A DNA stretch of 64,000 nucleotides from a bacterium (lineage in GTDB: Bacteria > Patescibacteriota > Microgenomatia > UBA10105 > UBA927). Location: contig JAKAFY010000006.1 of assembly GCA_021817785.1 (NCBI GenBank), forward strand, positions 2,067 to 66,066, given 5' to 3'. Below the pieces are notes generated by a model. That model was not told where the DNA came from. It did no database searches and was given only the letters and a program-made list of their open reading frames with translations. Both the position numbers and the translations under genes were made by a program. Of the stretch, positions 38,729-49,514 are shown piece by piece; position 1 is the stretch's first letter, and every line of letters starts with the position of its first letter.

Positions 38729-40101
38729 ACCTTCGACGCAATCTTCCTGGTTAATTGTGCCATGACTGTATCCCTCCCGCCGTCGTACAGCGTCGTATTT
38801 TCCAATGCTTTCTCCCCATATGTATGTTTAAGCTGTTCGTACATCACCGTCCCCGGAAACGGAGCACACTGGGAAACCTGCACCTGTCTGTAAATATTTC
38901 CGTTTTCGGAAAACCCCATATCCGCCAATATCTTCATGTCCTTTTCGTGCATGCTGCGGGATTGCCCGGGCAGATCCATCATGGTGAATAAGCGAAGCAT
39001 AACATCCGGATATTTTTTTGATAATCTTCGAATCGTTTTTTTGAAATCACTTCGTTCCAACCCTTTCCCGACTCGTTTCAACACATCCGTATCAAACGTT
39101 TCTACGCCAAATCGCATTCCGACACACCCGGAATCAACCATCTTGTCAAAAAGCCAATCCGGGGACGTATCTAAACGACCCATCATCGTCCAGGGTAATC
39201 CGATATTTTTTAGTTCGTCGCAGAGCGCACTGATGCGATCCACCCCGATATTAAAGGTATCGTCATCAAAAAAAAGACTTTTATACCCGTATCTTTCGGT
39301 TACTTCCCGGATTTCTCTGGCTATAGCATGGGGCGAGCGAAGTGCGACGTTACGCATAAACATCGTCTGCGGCCATAAACAAAATGTGCACCGGAATGGA
39401 CATCCTTTACTTCCATACAGCTGCAATTGCGGTTTTGGAGTAGGCATCGTATGGTCAAAATATTGTGTCGCTTCCGGATAATCCCGATAGGGATAGGGGA
39501 TTGAATCTAAATTTTCCACAACCTGAGACTCGTATATGCCCGGCGTTCGTTTCTGTGCCATCCGTAATGCACTCTGAATATATTCGCCTTTGAGCAGATA
39601 TGTTACGAACGGATACTGTTTCCCCGCCATCTCTGCGTGATAGGTCAGATGTGAACCCGCCAGTGCAACTTCAGAAAAAGCTGCGATCTGTTCAGCTAAC
39701 CAAATATCTATATCAAATGTAGGCGTCGAGGTTTCTATAACGACGATATCCGGCGATGCTGCCCGAACATCACGCATGAAGTCGCGATACGAATGCTGCT
39801 CTTGTGCGACCGCGTCAATTAACGAAGCGTTGATATGATGTTTTCTCAAATACGAAACTGCATAGGCCATGATAAAAGGGAAGTGCAGGGGAGCAATCGG
39901 GGTATCTGACGTCCAGGGCCAGCGGGACCCTGCGCGCACTCCATAGCGGGCTTGTGGATCACGACCGACCTCCCACAGCTTATATAATAACCGGTTCGAG
40001 CGAAACCACGGCCGGAACATCAGCCCACGAGTCCGGAACGAATTCTCGGCTGAGGCGTGATCATACCGAACCACCGGTGGATTTACAAATAAAATATTCA
40101 T
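38725..40101 (-). CDS. B12-binding domain radical SAM protein.
   Basis: An N-terminal cobalamin-binding-like Rossmann domain (IVVIETSTP) and GSKGCPFRCTFCLW (CxxxCxxC) in the radical SAM core. Confidence 0.75.
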   Translation of the reverse strand: MNILFVNPPVVRYDHASAENSFRTRGLMFRPWFRSNRLLYKLWEVGRDPQARYGVRAGSRWPWTSDTPIAPLHFPFIMAYAVSYLRKHHINASLIDAVAQEQHSYRDFMRDVRAASPDIVVIETSTPTFDIDIWLAEQIAAFSEVALAGSHLTYHAEMAGKQYPFVTYLLKGEYIQSALRMAQKRTPGIYESQVVENLDSIPYPYRDYPEATQYFDHTMPTPKPQLQLYGSKGCPFRCTFCLWPQTMFMRNVALRSPHAIAREIREVTERYGYKSLFFDDDTFNIGVDRISALCDELKNIGLPWTMMGRLDTSPDWLFDKMVDSGCVGMRFGVETFDTDVLKRVGKGLERSDFKKTIRRLSKKYPDVMLRLFTMMDLPGQSRSMHEKDMKILADMGFSENGNIYRQVQVSQCAPFPGTVMYEQLKHTYGEKALENTTLYDGGRDTVMAQLTRKIASKV

Positions 40102-40254
40102 ACCTAACGGCTATTGTACTCGGTTACATGCACTGATTCTTTTTTATCATATCAGCCTACTGCCTGATCGCGAATTGCTCAATCTGCACAGACATCCTAT
40201 ACACAATAGCGTTTTTACCATGTAAGACATAGAATAGAGTGCACTATATTTTGT

Positions 40255-41187
40255 ATGCTATCCCCACGCATTTCCGTCTGCATCAACACCAGAAACAGAA
40301 CCGCTCAATTGAAAAAGTGTCTCGGTTCTATCCATCAATCCGTATTTCATTCATTTGAAATCATTATCATTGACCAATCAGACGCATATCTTTGGAATGA
40401 ACATGCATCTTTGGCGAGGCGATTCGATGCGCTGTATTTTCCTATCCCACCGAAGGGTGTGGGGGTTGCCAAAAATATGGCGATAAAAAAATCGTCAGGA
40501 AAGATAGTCGCTTTTACTGATGATGACTGTATCGTTGATAGCCATTGGCTCGACGAGATATGGCAGACATTTCAAAGGCATCCCAACGTTTCGGCTGTCT
40601 TTGGAAAAACGCTGCCCTATCAATCCTCCCGACACAAATATGAAATCTGTCCGTGTACCTTTACCCACAAACTGCCAGCACGTATTTCTCAACCGGGTGT
40701 TCATTACAAGACCATAGGGTTTGGGAATAACATGGCATTCCGGTCATCTGTTTTCACCTCCATCGGCATGTTTAAACCCTGGCTTGGTCCGGGATCTATC
40801 GGAAAAAATGCAGAGGACGCCGAATTCGCGCTTCGGTTGCTTTTATCCGGTAAACAAATTTTTTATACTCCTACGGCTCGAGTGTTTCACGCTAAATGGC
40901 TTACTGCAAAAGAGATGAGGGTCCAGGAACTGGCATACTCCTGTGGGGAGATGGCGTGTTACGGATATTTTTACTTTTCCGGACACGCGTTCGCAATTCC
41001 TATTATTCGTGCCAACATCCGCTCCAGCGTCGACAGCATAAAAAATGTCCTAAAGCGATTGCTCCTTCTCCGTTGGAATGATGCACTTATTGAAGATTTC
41101 CTCTATACCATTACGAAAATGGCATATCGCTTGTGGGGAGCGTTAATAGGATACTTATATGCGCGCATCGATCCGCTTTTACAGTAA
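40255..41187 (+). CDS. Glycosyltransferase family 2.
   Basis: ISVCINTRNR, IIIDQSD and FTDDDCIVDSHWL. Confidence 0.8.
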   Translation: MLSPRISVCINTRNRTAQLKKCLGSIHQSVFHSFEIIIIDQSDAYLWNEHASLARRFDALYFPIPPKGVGVAKNMAIKKSSGKIVAFTDDDCIVDSHWLDEIWQTFQRHPNVSAVFGKTLPYQSSRHKYEICPCTFTHKLPARISQPGVHYKTIGFGNNMAFRSSVFTSIGMFKPWLGPGSIGKNAEDAEFALRLLLSGKQIFYTPTARVFHAKWLTAKEMRVQELAYSCGEMACYGYFYFSGHAFAIPIIRANIRSSVDSIKNVLKRLLLLRWNDALIEDFLYTITKMAYRLWGALIGYLYARIDPLLQ

Positions 41188-41191
41188 ACGT

Positions 41192-41812
41192 TCAAACGCA
41201 TCGGGACATGCCATATGTCAATTCTCTATAAATCGCGTGTAATAAAAATATAACCGCCCGAGCAAATAACAACAGGTCGCTTCGCATATTTTTGTCTCGG
41301 GCATATGCGACATCACTTTTCATCCATGCAGTGAAATCTTTGTGATAGTCTCCCTGTAATATTGCCGGCGAAATGATTCCCGGCTTCACACATTCGCGTT
41401 TGCGCATCCATGGCTGCAGCCTGCGACATTCGGCAACGGGCAATGGCCTGGGACCGATTAATGACATGTCGCCGCGCAAGACGTTTATAAACTGCGGTAT
41501 CTCATCTAATCCCGTATGGCTTAAAAAGGCGCCAAGATAGGTAAAGCGCGGATCCATCCGGATTTTAAACGTTGGTCCTGAGGACTCGTTTTGGGACAAA
41601 AGGAACCGTTGCTTTTTTTCCGCATCTACCTCCATGGTGCGAAATTTATATAGATCAAACAATCTGCCCATTTTTCCTATCCGGCGCTGGATAAAAAGAA
41701 TAGGCAAGCCGCTGGTGACGAATACCAAAACCGCAATACCTATCTGAAGAGGAAGGGTGATGATAAACAACAATAATATAGCGGCACGGTACAACATATG
41801 CATATGAGACAC
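41192..41812 (-). CDS. Monotopic polyprenyl-phosphate phosphoglycosyl transferase (bacterial sugar transferase, PglC/WbaP C-terminal type).
   Basis: RIGKMGRLFDLYKFRTM and GLDEIPQFINVLRGDMSLIGPRP. Confidence 0.8.
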   Translation of the reverse strand: MSHMHMLYRAAILLLFIITLPLQIGIAVLVFVTSGLPILFIQRRIGKMGRLFDLYKFRTMEVDAEKKQRFLLSQNESSGPTFKIRMDPRFTYLGAFLSHTGLDEIPQFINVLRGDMSLIGPRPLPVAECRRLQPWMRKRECVKPGIISPAILQGDYHKDFTAWMKSDVAYARDKNMRSDLLLFARAVIFLLHAIYRELTYGMSRCV

Positions 41813-41958
41813 TGCTTATAGTAAGCTGATTTTAAAAAGTGCTCAAGTAGAAAACGGCTTTTATGTCAGCAACGCGCTTGTCTTTGCTAACGTTTATGTC
41901 GTATTTAACATACAATAGATAGATACTAGCGCGCGATGGAGTTCGCGCGATTTGCACC

Positions 41959-44901
41959 GTGTCACTACCCAAAATACCTATGCCAAAAAGTGGACGTCCG
42001 TACACCAATTTACTTCGCACATGGTATGTTGTATTGATTTTCGTAATTTTTTTCCTTTGTCTGATGCGTGTGTTCCATGAATCCTCATTCAACTCCCCCT
42101 GGTGGAAATTTACGACAGACGGAGAGCTTTATACCAGTCCGTCCATATATCAGGGCATGATCTATATCGGAGATAGTAATGGGCATGTCTATGCCATAAA
42201 TCAAAAAACGGGCAAACCAGTATGGACGCGCACTCTAGATCATGCTGTGACTTCTCCGTTTGTATTTGACCATAATATTACATTTTTTACGACAGACGAT
42301 GGCGCCCTGTACGCACTCCGCGCAACAACCGGAGAAGAGTCGTGGAGATTTTCTACCCCACAGGCATACAAATTTGTTGAGTCGCCAACTTTATATGGAA
42401 ATATGATATTGATAAGCGATGCCGGGGGCACATTGTATGCGCTACAGAAAACGTCCGGCAAGGTGATGTGGCAATTTCACTCCCGCCGTCCTCTTCAGGC
42501 GTCATTTATACAGCCTGATAAAACGCTGCGGTGGCGATTTTCATTTTCAAAATATGACGCCAATATTTTTTTTGCAGGCATGGATGGATATATATATGCC
42601 CTACAACTCAATACGGGACGGATTGTCTGGGAATTTAATACGGGCGGGTCAATTACGACCTATCCAGAAATCTCACAAGGGAAGGTATATATCGGGAATC
42701 AAATGGGGGACAGTTATGCGCTGGATCAGCAACATGGGCACGTAGTCTGGCACAGCAAAATACATAGTGCCGTGACGTGTCTGGTGCCGGGAGCGGGGAC
42801 ATATTCAGACGTATACCCAACACCATTCTCATTCATTGCGCACATTCTTGTTCCACAACGGAATATCGTTATACGGACAAGTTCTGACGGAGTGGTCACC
42901 GCACTTAATAGCAAGGGGAACAATCTCTGGACACAACAAATGAAGGTGGGGATTATACAGTGCCCAACAATCTGGAAATCATCAGTATTTGTCGCAGACA
43001 AGGAGACGCTCCGATCGTTGACCATAAACAACGGGCACACACAGTGGTCCGTCTCAACAAAAAATACATTTTTGTTTCCTCCATATATATTCACTCCGGC
43101 GTTTTATATAGATACACAAAAGAGCGTTGTAATGTTTAACACTCCGTTATTATTTGTCGCTGACTCACGAGGAGTTGTGCGGGCCATAAATGGGGCATCT
43201 GGAATAGAGCTGTGGCAAACACATTGTTCCGGTGCTGTATATCAACCTCCTGTCATCCGCGCAAATCGGTTGTATTATGCCTGTACAGACGGAGGGGTGT
43301 ATGCCGTCAATGCGTTGTCAGGAACATATGCTATTCGTCTATCTGATATTGCTGTCAGTCAATCCATTCAATCGGTAGCACACCGAGATATACAGGAATT
43401 TACTATTTCCCACGATGATCACTGGTACGGCAATCCGTATGAGGACGTTGCCGTACAGGCGGTGTTTCAACAACACGGACGAAACCCGATTACGATCGAT
43501 GGTTTTTATTATGACAAAAATACATGGAAAGTCCGCTTTAATCCGCCGGAAAAGGGTGTGTGGACATGGAAGCTCTTTTTTAAAACTCCGTTCGGCAATA
43601 TCCAACGAAATGGAAGTTTTATCAGTAACACTGATACCCATACTGCATTTCTAAAGATCAGCAAACAAAATCCCAGCCGTATAACCCTGGATAACCAAAC
43701 AATCTTTAATGGGCTCGGTATCGAAGACACAATCAAAGATACAAATGATAACGGGACGCCCCTCGATGACTGGAGTATCGGCACTGGTCATGAAGTTACC
43801 GCCACATCGTCGGAAAAAAAGGCGGTATCTATTCCCAATATACCCATATCACTTGATGCGTATGCGGATACCTATGCATCGAGCGCTGCGGGATTTAATA
43901 TATTCCGATGGAGCGTTAATAATGCATCGTTTAACCTTTGGGACACGTTTACTCCCCACAGTAAATATCTCGTACGCGAAGGGAAAGACGGCGATGCACT
44001 TGTCCAATCGCTTTCAAACCATGGTTTCCATATTTGGCTAACCATGTTTAACTTTGGTATCCCCTTTACAGACTCTCAATTACCCTGGGAAGTCAGCGCG
44101 GTACAACGATATATTCGATATGTCATCGCCCGATACGGCGCCTATACCAGTCTGTGGGAAATCGCCAATGAATCGTATGCAAGTGATGCCTTTGTCACAC
44201 GTCTTGCAAAAGAAATTGCATCCGTCGATTATGAACATCGGCCGATCAGCATGAGTTGGGAACACCCCTCTGTAACTTCCATAAATATCGTAGCGCCTCA
44301 TTGGTACAACACCGATGAACCCCAAAATGCCGATGTGGATATCGCCGGCGTTATCAGTAAATACACGCCGTTCCAAAAACCAGTTTTATTTGGTGAAGTC
44401 GGCAATACAACTCGAAATTGGGATCCAAATTCGGCGCTTATTATGAGAGTGAGGGGTTGGGTGGCATTTTTTAAAAGCGCAATTCTTGTCTTCTGGAATC
44501 AATCATCTAGCAAAGATTATTATAATCCGGATTATAAAAATGCCAATATCTATATTGGTTCGGAAGAGAGAGATTACATGAAGCAGTTAACAGATTTCAC
44601 CAGCGGAATCTCATTGTCCGCCAAAGAGGTACCTTTGACGACAAATTCCTCAGCGGTCCGTGCATACGGATTACAATCTGACAGAGAACTTATCGGATAT
44701 TTCTATCATTATCTCAATCCGTTTTCCCGCGTATCGGTATCCGTATCAATTAATTTGCCGCAACCGGCCGCGCTGACATGGATCGATCCTACAGACGGTA
44801 AAATATTATCAGAACAGCAATGTATGCGGGGATCACAGATCGTTACATCTCCATACTTTTTCGCGGATGTCGCTCTTCGGGCGCGATATATACGCAACTA
44901 A
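41959..44901 (+). CDS. Fusion protein: an N-terminal PQQ-like beta-propeller (BamB-like repeats) and a C-terminal putative glycoside-hydrolase-like (DUF5060/DUF4038-type) domain.
   Basis: Repeated G.VYA(I/L)...TGK..W motifs across ~450 aa (GHVYAINQKTGKPVWT, GALYALRATTGEESWRF, GTLYALQKTSGKVMWQF, GYIYALQLNTGRIVWEF). An N-terminal TM segment. The C-terminal region has W/Y-rich TIM-barrel-like motifs. Confidence 0.55.
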   Translation: MSLPKIPMPKSGRPYTNLLRTWYVVLIFVIFFLCLMRVFHESSFNSPWWKFTTDGELYTSPSIYQGMIYIGDSNGHVYAINQKTGKPVWTRTLDHAVTSPFVFDHNITFFTTDDGALYALRATTGEESWRFSTPQAYKFVESPTLYGNMILISDAGGTLYALQKTSGKVMWQFHSRRPLQASFIQPDKTLRWRFSFSKYDANIFFAGMDGYIYALQLNTGRIVWEFNTGGSITTYPEISQGKVYIGNQMGDSYALDQQHGHVVWHSKIHSAVTCLVPGAGTYSDVYPTPFSFIAHILVPQRNIVIRTSSDGVVTALNSKGNNLWTQQMKVGIIQCPTIWKSSVFVADKETLRSLTINNGHTQWSVSTKNTFLFPPYIFTPAFYIDTQKSVVMFNTPLLFVADSRGVVRAINGASGIELWQTHCSGAVYQPPVIRANRLYYACTDGGVYAVNALSGTYAIRLSDIAVSQSIQSVAHRDIQEFTISHDDHWYGNPYEDVAVQAVFQQHGRNPITIDGFYYDKNTWKVRFNPPEKGVWTWKLFFKTPFGNIQRNGSFISNTDTHTAFLKISKQNPSRITLDNQTIFNGLGIEDTIKDTNDNGTPLDDWSIGTGHEVTATSSEKKAVSIPNIPISLDAYADTYASSAAGFNIFRWSVNNASFNLWDTFTPHSKYLVREGKDGDALVQSLSNHGFHIWLTMFNFGIPFTDSQLPWEVSAVQRYIRYVIARYGAYTSLWEIANESYASDAFVTRLAKEIASVDYEHRPISMSWEHPSVTSINIVAPHWYNTDEPQNADVDIAGVISKYTPFQKPVLFGEVGNTTRNWDPNSALIMRVRGWVAFFKSAILVFWNQSSSKDYYNPDYKNANIYIGSEERDYMKQLTDFTSGISLSAKEVPLTTNSSAVRAYGLQSDRELIGYFYHYLNPFSRVSVSVSINLPQPAALTWIDPTDGKILSEQQCMRGSQIVTSPYFFADVALRARYIRN

Positions 44902-44907
44902 GCCAAT

Positions 44908-46074
44908 TTAATCATGTGCCCTTTCATAGCGTTCTATGACATCACTGACGGCGTCGATTTTATTTTTCCAGGAATTTTGCATAGCAATATGCCGCTGTTG
45001 CCTCCTATAGGAGGCGGGGAAGGACGTGTGCAGCCAGGCAGATATATGAGATTCCCAATCCTGAACGGTTTTTCCAATTCGCACATACTTCACAAACTTA
45101 CCGGCTTCGGCAATTGCCGTCGAGACAATGGGCTTTCCGGCATAAAAATATTCCATAAGTTTTGCCGGATAGGACGCGGCGTTTAATTGATAAGAGGTAT
45201 TATATGGAATAATGCAGACGGAAAACGACCGCAACACCGCAAAAAGGTCCCGCTGATTTATTGCATGACCATGACGGACATTCGGCAAAGACAATAATTG
45301 GTGCAAGTTAGTATTCGTGTGAGTTATCACATCTTGTCCGTCAGTGAGTATTGGTCCCCAAAAAACAAAATCCCATTGAGAATTGCGCCGTATCAGATCA
45401 TGTAATAACACAAAATCTAATCGGTAATTTAAACCGCCGATGTACCCTATGACCGGTCGTGCAACGTGATCTCGCCTGAAAACCGGACGGCGGATGGGGA
45501 GAGGGGGTGAGAATCCCAGCGGGACAATCGCTGCATCGGGTCTATCTGCCTTATGCAGGCGATATAATGTGTTGGAGTTCACCGTCATCACGGAAAAATT
45601 CCGCATAATATATTGTTCCTGTTGCCGGATAATTTGTTCATGGTCGGGCAGGAGAGAGGAATAATAGTCTACACAATCATAGACGGACATGTGGGGGAAC
45701 GGATAGTATCGCTCTGTTACTGCTATGCCGGGGTGGAACCCCCAAAGTATTATTTTTCGTCGGTACGGGTTTATCCGTAACATGGTCACAAGTATCAAGT
45801 GATTTAGGAAGCCGTTTATTCTCTTGATAACCGCAAATCTGACAAACGGCAACACGTCAATGGGGGTATAAAAAAATACCCCGTGATACATTGTGAGAAT
45901 GTGCGGTATTTTTTTCTTGCGCCTAATCACATCAGATAATTTGATGCGTTTATATTCACAGTACGCAGTGACGAGATTATGACGGGATAGTTCAAGGGCG
46001 GTCTGCCATTGATAGTCAGTGCTCCAGTTGAAATCGACGACGAAGGGAATGATAATAAAGCGATTTGTTATCAT
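44908..46074 (-). CDS. GT1-fold glycosyltransferase (TuaH-like); member A of a three-paralog family in this window.
   Basis: IGYIGGLNYRLDFVLLHDL, FVFWGP and YPAKLMEYFYAGKPIVST are shared with the 54703 and 56008 ORFs. Confidence 0.6.
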   Translation of the reverse strand: MITNRFIIIPFVVDFNWSTDYQWQTALELSRHNLVTAYCEYKRIKLSDVIRRKKKIPHILTMYHGVFFYTPIDVLPFVRFAVIKRINGFLNHLILVTMLRINPYRRKIILWGFHPGIAVTERYYPFPHMSVYDCVDYYSSLLPDHEQIIRQQEQYIMRNFSVMTVNSNTLYRLHKADRPDAAIVPLGFSPPLPIRRPVFRRDHVARPVIGYIGGLNYRLDFVLLHDLIRRNSQWDFVFWGPILTDGQDVITHTNTNLHQLLSLPNVRHGHAINQRDLFAVLRSFSVCIIPYNTSYQLNAASYPAKLMEYFYAGKPIVSTAIAEAGKFVKYVRIGKTVQDWESHISAWLHTSFPASYRRQQRHIAMQNSWKNKIDAVSDVIERYERAHD

Positions 46075-47569
46075 GCAATACCTAAGACAGCTTACACAAC
46101 CGCCCTCACGGAGTAAAGCGGGTCACTCTCATGAATCTGCTCTACTGCGGAATACCATTCCTCAATGGCTGATGATGCACGTCTTCCGAAGAAAAGAAAT
46201 GTTGGCAGTCCTCATGTTTTATGTTCTGCATTCCTGGATAAACACCAACCGATATTATCTTATCTTTCTTGGCGTGTATATGTGTGTCTTGTACATACTA
46301 TCCCGGAATATATATAAAACCGTTTGGATAGCACTAGCGTCATCATTCCCATTCCAACAAGCAAAATACTTTACGTCCGTATTTCATTCTTTTTACTATC
46401 CGAATGCCAGAATCGTCCCAGTAACATATTTTATATCGTATTCGGATGCGCTTATATTACTTCTTTTGTATCTGTTTATCCGACGCAGATCGAAATTTTC
46501 ATTATCGGTAGATATCCCTTCACTTTTTCTTATTCCTCTGGTTATTGTCGGTGGTATCGCAACATACATGTCCCAGTATTTTACAATCGCACTTTTTGGA
46601 CTGTATCAAGCAATGAAACTGTGCATAGTATACGTTTTGAGTCGTTTGGTGCTAAAGGAGAAATGGGGAACACGCACAACGCTTGATGTGTTTCTGTTGT
46701 TTGTACTCTACAACGCTATCCTCATCATCTTGCAACGAATAGCCGGCGGACCGCTTGGGCTGCCTGTTGAAACGCTAAACGCTTCATCGTTATACGGAAG
46801 GTATGCATTGGAATTGCGCTCGCTGTATCGACCAGGTGGATTTACGGACGATCCCAACGCGTCTGCAACTATTTTGGGCATGTTTATCCCTTTCCTAACG
46901 ATACTAGGCCTCACCCGCAATGCATTTCATAAAACGCTTGTCTGGATAACGCTCATTTGTGCCACAGTTGCACTGCTTTGCACCGCCAGCCGGTCTGTAT
47001 GGATTGTCACCACGATCCTTGTGGGACTCTCTGTTTATCGCATCTATCATTTGCGTCTGATACGTATCCCGAAATTTCTTCGCATACACGGCTATTGGAT
47101 AGGTATTCTTGTTACACTGTTTGCGGCTCCTCTTATATATCTCCGGATTTCAACCTTGCAACAGGCGTTTTCAGACACGGGAAGCGGAACGTTTCGGCTA
47201 ATCCACCTGAGAATCGCTGTCAATACCATGTTGTCATATCCGTGGGGTACGGGGCTTGGCACAACACCTCTCGAACTTATTAATCGATTCCCACCTGCCT
47301 ACTATATGTTTGATCCGTCAGAATTACACAGTATATTTGCCCAAATTGCTGCAAGTCTCGGTATACCCGGATTGTTGTGTTTTGTATTATTTATATATTC
47401 ACTCCTGAAACGACATATACAGTCATACCAGGAACATAAGACTCGCGTATTGCCCTATGCGATCTTCATGAGTATGATAAGCTACCTGATGACCGCGAAT
47501 TTCTATCCCTGGTTTCTCAATGTTCAAATCAGCGGTTTTTTCTGGATACTCGCGGCATATACAATATGA
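46073..47569 (+). CDS. O-antigen ligase/polymerase-like (Wzy) polytopic membrane protein.
   Basis: More than 10 TM segments and LCTASRSVWIVTTILVGL. The start is uncertain and was chosen to avoid overlap with the divergent GT. Confidence 0.55.
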   Translation: MQYLRQLTQPPSRSKAGHSHESALLRNTIPQWLMMHVFRRKEMLAVLMFYVLHSWINTNRYYLIFLGVYMCVLYILSRNIYKTVWIALASSFPFQQAKYFTSVFHSFYYPNARIVPVTYFISYSDALILLLLYLFIRRRSKFSLSVDIPSLFLIPLVIVGGIATYMSQYFTIALFGLYQAMKLCIVYVLSRLVLKEKWGTRTTLDVFLLFVLYNAILIILQRIAGGPLGLPVETLNASSLYGRYALELRSLYRPGGFTDDPNASATILGMFIPFLTILGLTRNAFHKTLVWITLICATVALLCTASRSVWIVTTILVGLSVYRIYHLRLIRIPKFLRIHGYWIGILVTLFAAPLIYLRISTLQQAFSDTGSGTFRLIHLRIAVNTMLSYPWGTGLGTTPLELINRFPPAYYMFDPSELHSIFAQIAASLGIPGLLCFVLFIYSLLKRHIQSYQEHKTRVLPYAIFMSMISYLMTANFYPWFLNVQISGFFWILAAYTI

Positions 47570-48390
47570 ATTCCATGACTAACGTCTTATCAAAAATGCG
47601 CATGATTGATTATATTGTACTGTTTTGTGTGGCATGCGCTATTATCATTTCTCTTTTGCTTTTTACCAGAAAACGGGTAACCATATATATTGATCTTACC
47701 TCGGTTCCGCAAGATTGGACTCCGAGTCCGTTTCCTCCGCAATATAACGAAATCAACGGGCTTCGCGTCGGCGACGCAACGTACGACGGGTTCGGACAAA
47801 AAACGGCGGTAATTACGAATGTGGAAAAAATCGATTGGACCGGTAACAGAAAATCCGTTCTCATTTCCGTTAAACTATCCGTTGTCCTAGACCCTAGAAC
47901 GCATCAGTACACGTATAACGATATCCCGATTTTGATCGGGGGGACGTTTCCGCTTTCTACCAGCAATATCACATTTAATGGACAAATCATAAATATATAC
48001 ACATCACCCGCTTCCCGTTATACGGATTCTCACCCAAAAAATGCAGAGATAACCGTCAACATGCGCAAGGTTGAACCATGGCAAGCGGACGCGCTGACAC
48101 AATTTGTTGAAAAGGACTCAAACGGAAAAATTCTTGCGCGCGCCGTTTCCACCGTTATCACCCCCGCTGAACTCGACGTGGCCACAGACAAAGGGGTAGT
48201 GTATAAAGGGTACAGCACGATATACAAGAATGTAACAATAACACTTGATCTTCATAACGTATTCTGTGCGAATGACACCTGTTATTTTAATGGGCTGATC
48301 CCGTTAAAAGTCGGCGGCACATTTTGGGCAGAATCTGACTCCACCGTGATATCCGACGGAAACATTGTTGCTTTTACACTCAAAAACTGA
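47566..48390 (+). CDS. Hypothetical membrane-anchored extracytoplasmic protein.
   Basis: An N-terminal TM segment and a beta-rich domain with no recognisable motif. Coupled to the upstream gene by a 4-nt overlap. Confidence 0.4.
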   Translation: MNSMTNVLSKMRMIDYIVLFCVACAIIISLLLFTRKRVTIYIDLTSVPQDWTPSPFPPQYNEINGLRVGDATYDGFGQKTAVITNVEKIDWTGNRKSVLISVKLSVVLDPRTHQYTYNDIPILIGGTFPLSTSNITFNGQIINIYTSPASRYTDSHPKNAEITVNMRKVEPWQADALTQFVEKDSNGKILARAVSTVITPAELDVATDKGVVYKGYSTIYKNVTITLDLHNVFCANDTCYFNGLIPLKVGGTFWAESDSTVISDGNIVAFTLKN

Positions 48391-48407
48391 TTTCCTAATT
48401 TATCATC

Positions 48408-49514
48408 ATGCGAGGACAAAGACATTCAACGGTAATGATTGTCTATTCTGACCTTGGAATAGGGGGGGTACAACGAAAAATTGTCGATATCGTAAACCGT
48501 CTCCATGAGCTACCACAATACCGCTCTTATACAGTAACGATCCTTCTTGAACGTGTGGGTGCAAACACCATGATAATGAATCTTCGTAATCCGAATGTAA
48601 CAATTCATGTAAAGCCGTTTGTGTTCATTCCGTTTTGGATGCATATTGCGTATTTTGCTCTTATAACGGACTCCGTGTGTATTCTTTCCTTCCTTGCGTT
48701 TCCTGCTGTCCATGTTTTTAAAGCAACACGGGTGTTATTCTGGAAAAAATTTCGAGTGATCCACAGTGAAGATGTGATCACAAGCCATGCATACAGACGG
48801 AATGATTTTACGGGGAAAATAAATTCTCAAATTCATGATGCACTCTCACGGGGAGATCAGATTATCGTCCCTTCTCGTCCCATCGCAGAGGACCTTATAC
48901 GAAGCTATCACATTGACCGTAAACGCATAACCCTCATTCCGAACTGGACCACAATATCCAGTTCCCAAGCGAAAGAACGGCACAAAACGATTGATTGTGT
49001 ATACGTTGGTCGATTTGATAAAGAAAAGCGTCTCCCGCTACTTATCTCTGCCATACGCCACATATCCCGCGTGTCCCTGATATCCTGCGTGCTCATCGGG
49101 GACGGAAAGGAAAAAAGTAAAATACAATCCATGATACATGCTTTACACCTGCACCAACGCGTGCATATTCACCGTCCCACCATGCGTATCGTAACCGAAC
49201 TTCAACGCGCGAGACTGGCACTTTATGCGTCTCAAAGCGAGGGGGTCCCCATGTTTTTCCTGGAAGCCATGGCAATGGGACTTCCGATCGTCACAATGGA
49301 TTTCCCGGGCGTAAAAGATATTGTCAAACATGGAAAAACGGGGTATGTTTGTACATCAGAACGCCAATTGGCCGAAAAAATACAAACGCTGCTCCAGAAT
49401 AATCACCTCCGCAAGAGCATGGGTGCATATGGACAGCGCGTGGCACGAGTCCGCTATACAGCCGCAAACATCGACCGATATCTCGCGGAGATGTTTATTC
49501 CGGCCCGACCATGA
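48408..49514 (+). CDS. Glycosyltransferase family 4 (GT1 fold).
   Basis: GIGGVQRKIVD at the N-terminus and the EX7E region EGVPMFFLEAMAMGLPIVT. Confidence 0.8.
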   Translation: MRGQRHSTVMIVYSDLGIGGVQRKIVDIVNRLHELPQYRSYTVTILLERVGANTMIMNLRNPNVTIHVKPFVFIPFWMHIAYFALITDSVCILSFLAFPAVHVFKATRVLFWKKFRVIHSEDVITSHAYRRNDFTGKINSQIHDALSRGDQIIVPSRPIAEDLIRSYHIDRKRITLIPNWTTISSSQAKERHKTIDCVYVGRFDKEKRLPLLISAIRHISRVSLISCVLIGDGKEKSKIQSMIHALHLHQRVHIHRPTMRIVTELQRARLALYASQSEGVPMFFLEAMAMGLPIVTMDFPGVKDIVKHGKTGYVCTSERQLAEKIQTLLQNNHLRKSMGAYGQRVARVRYTAANIDRYLAEMFIPARP

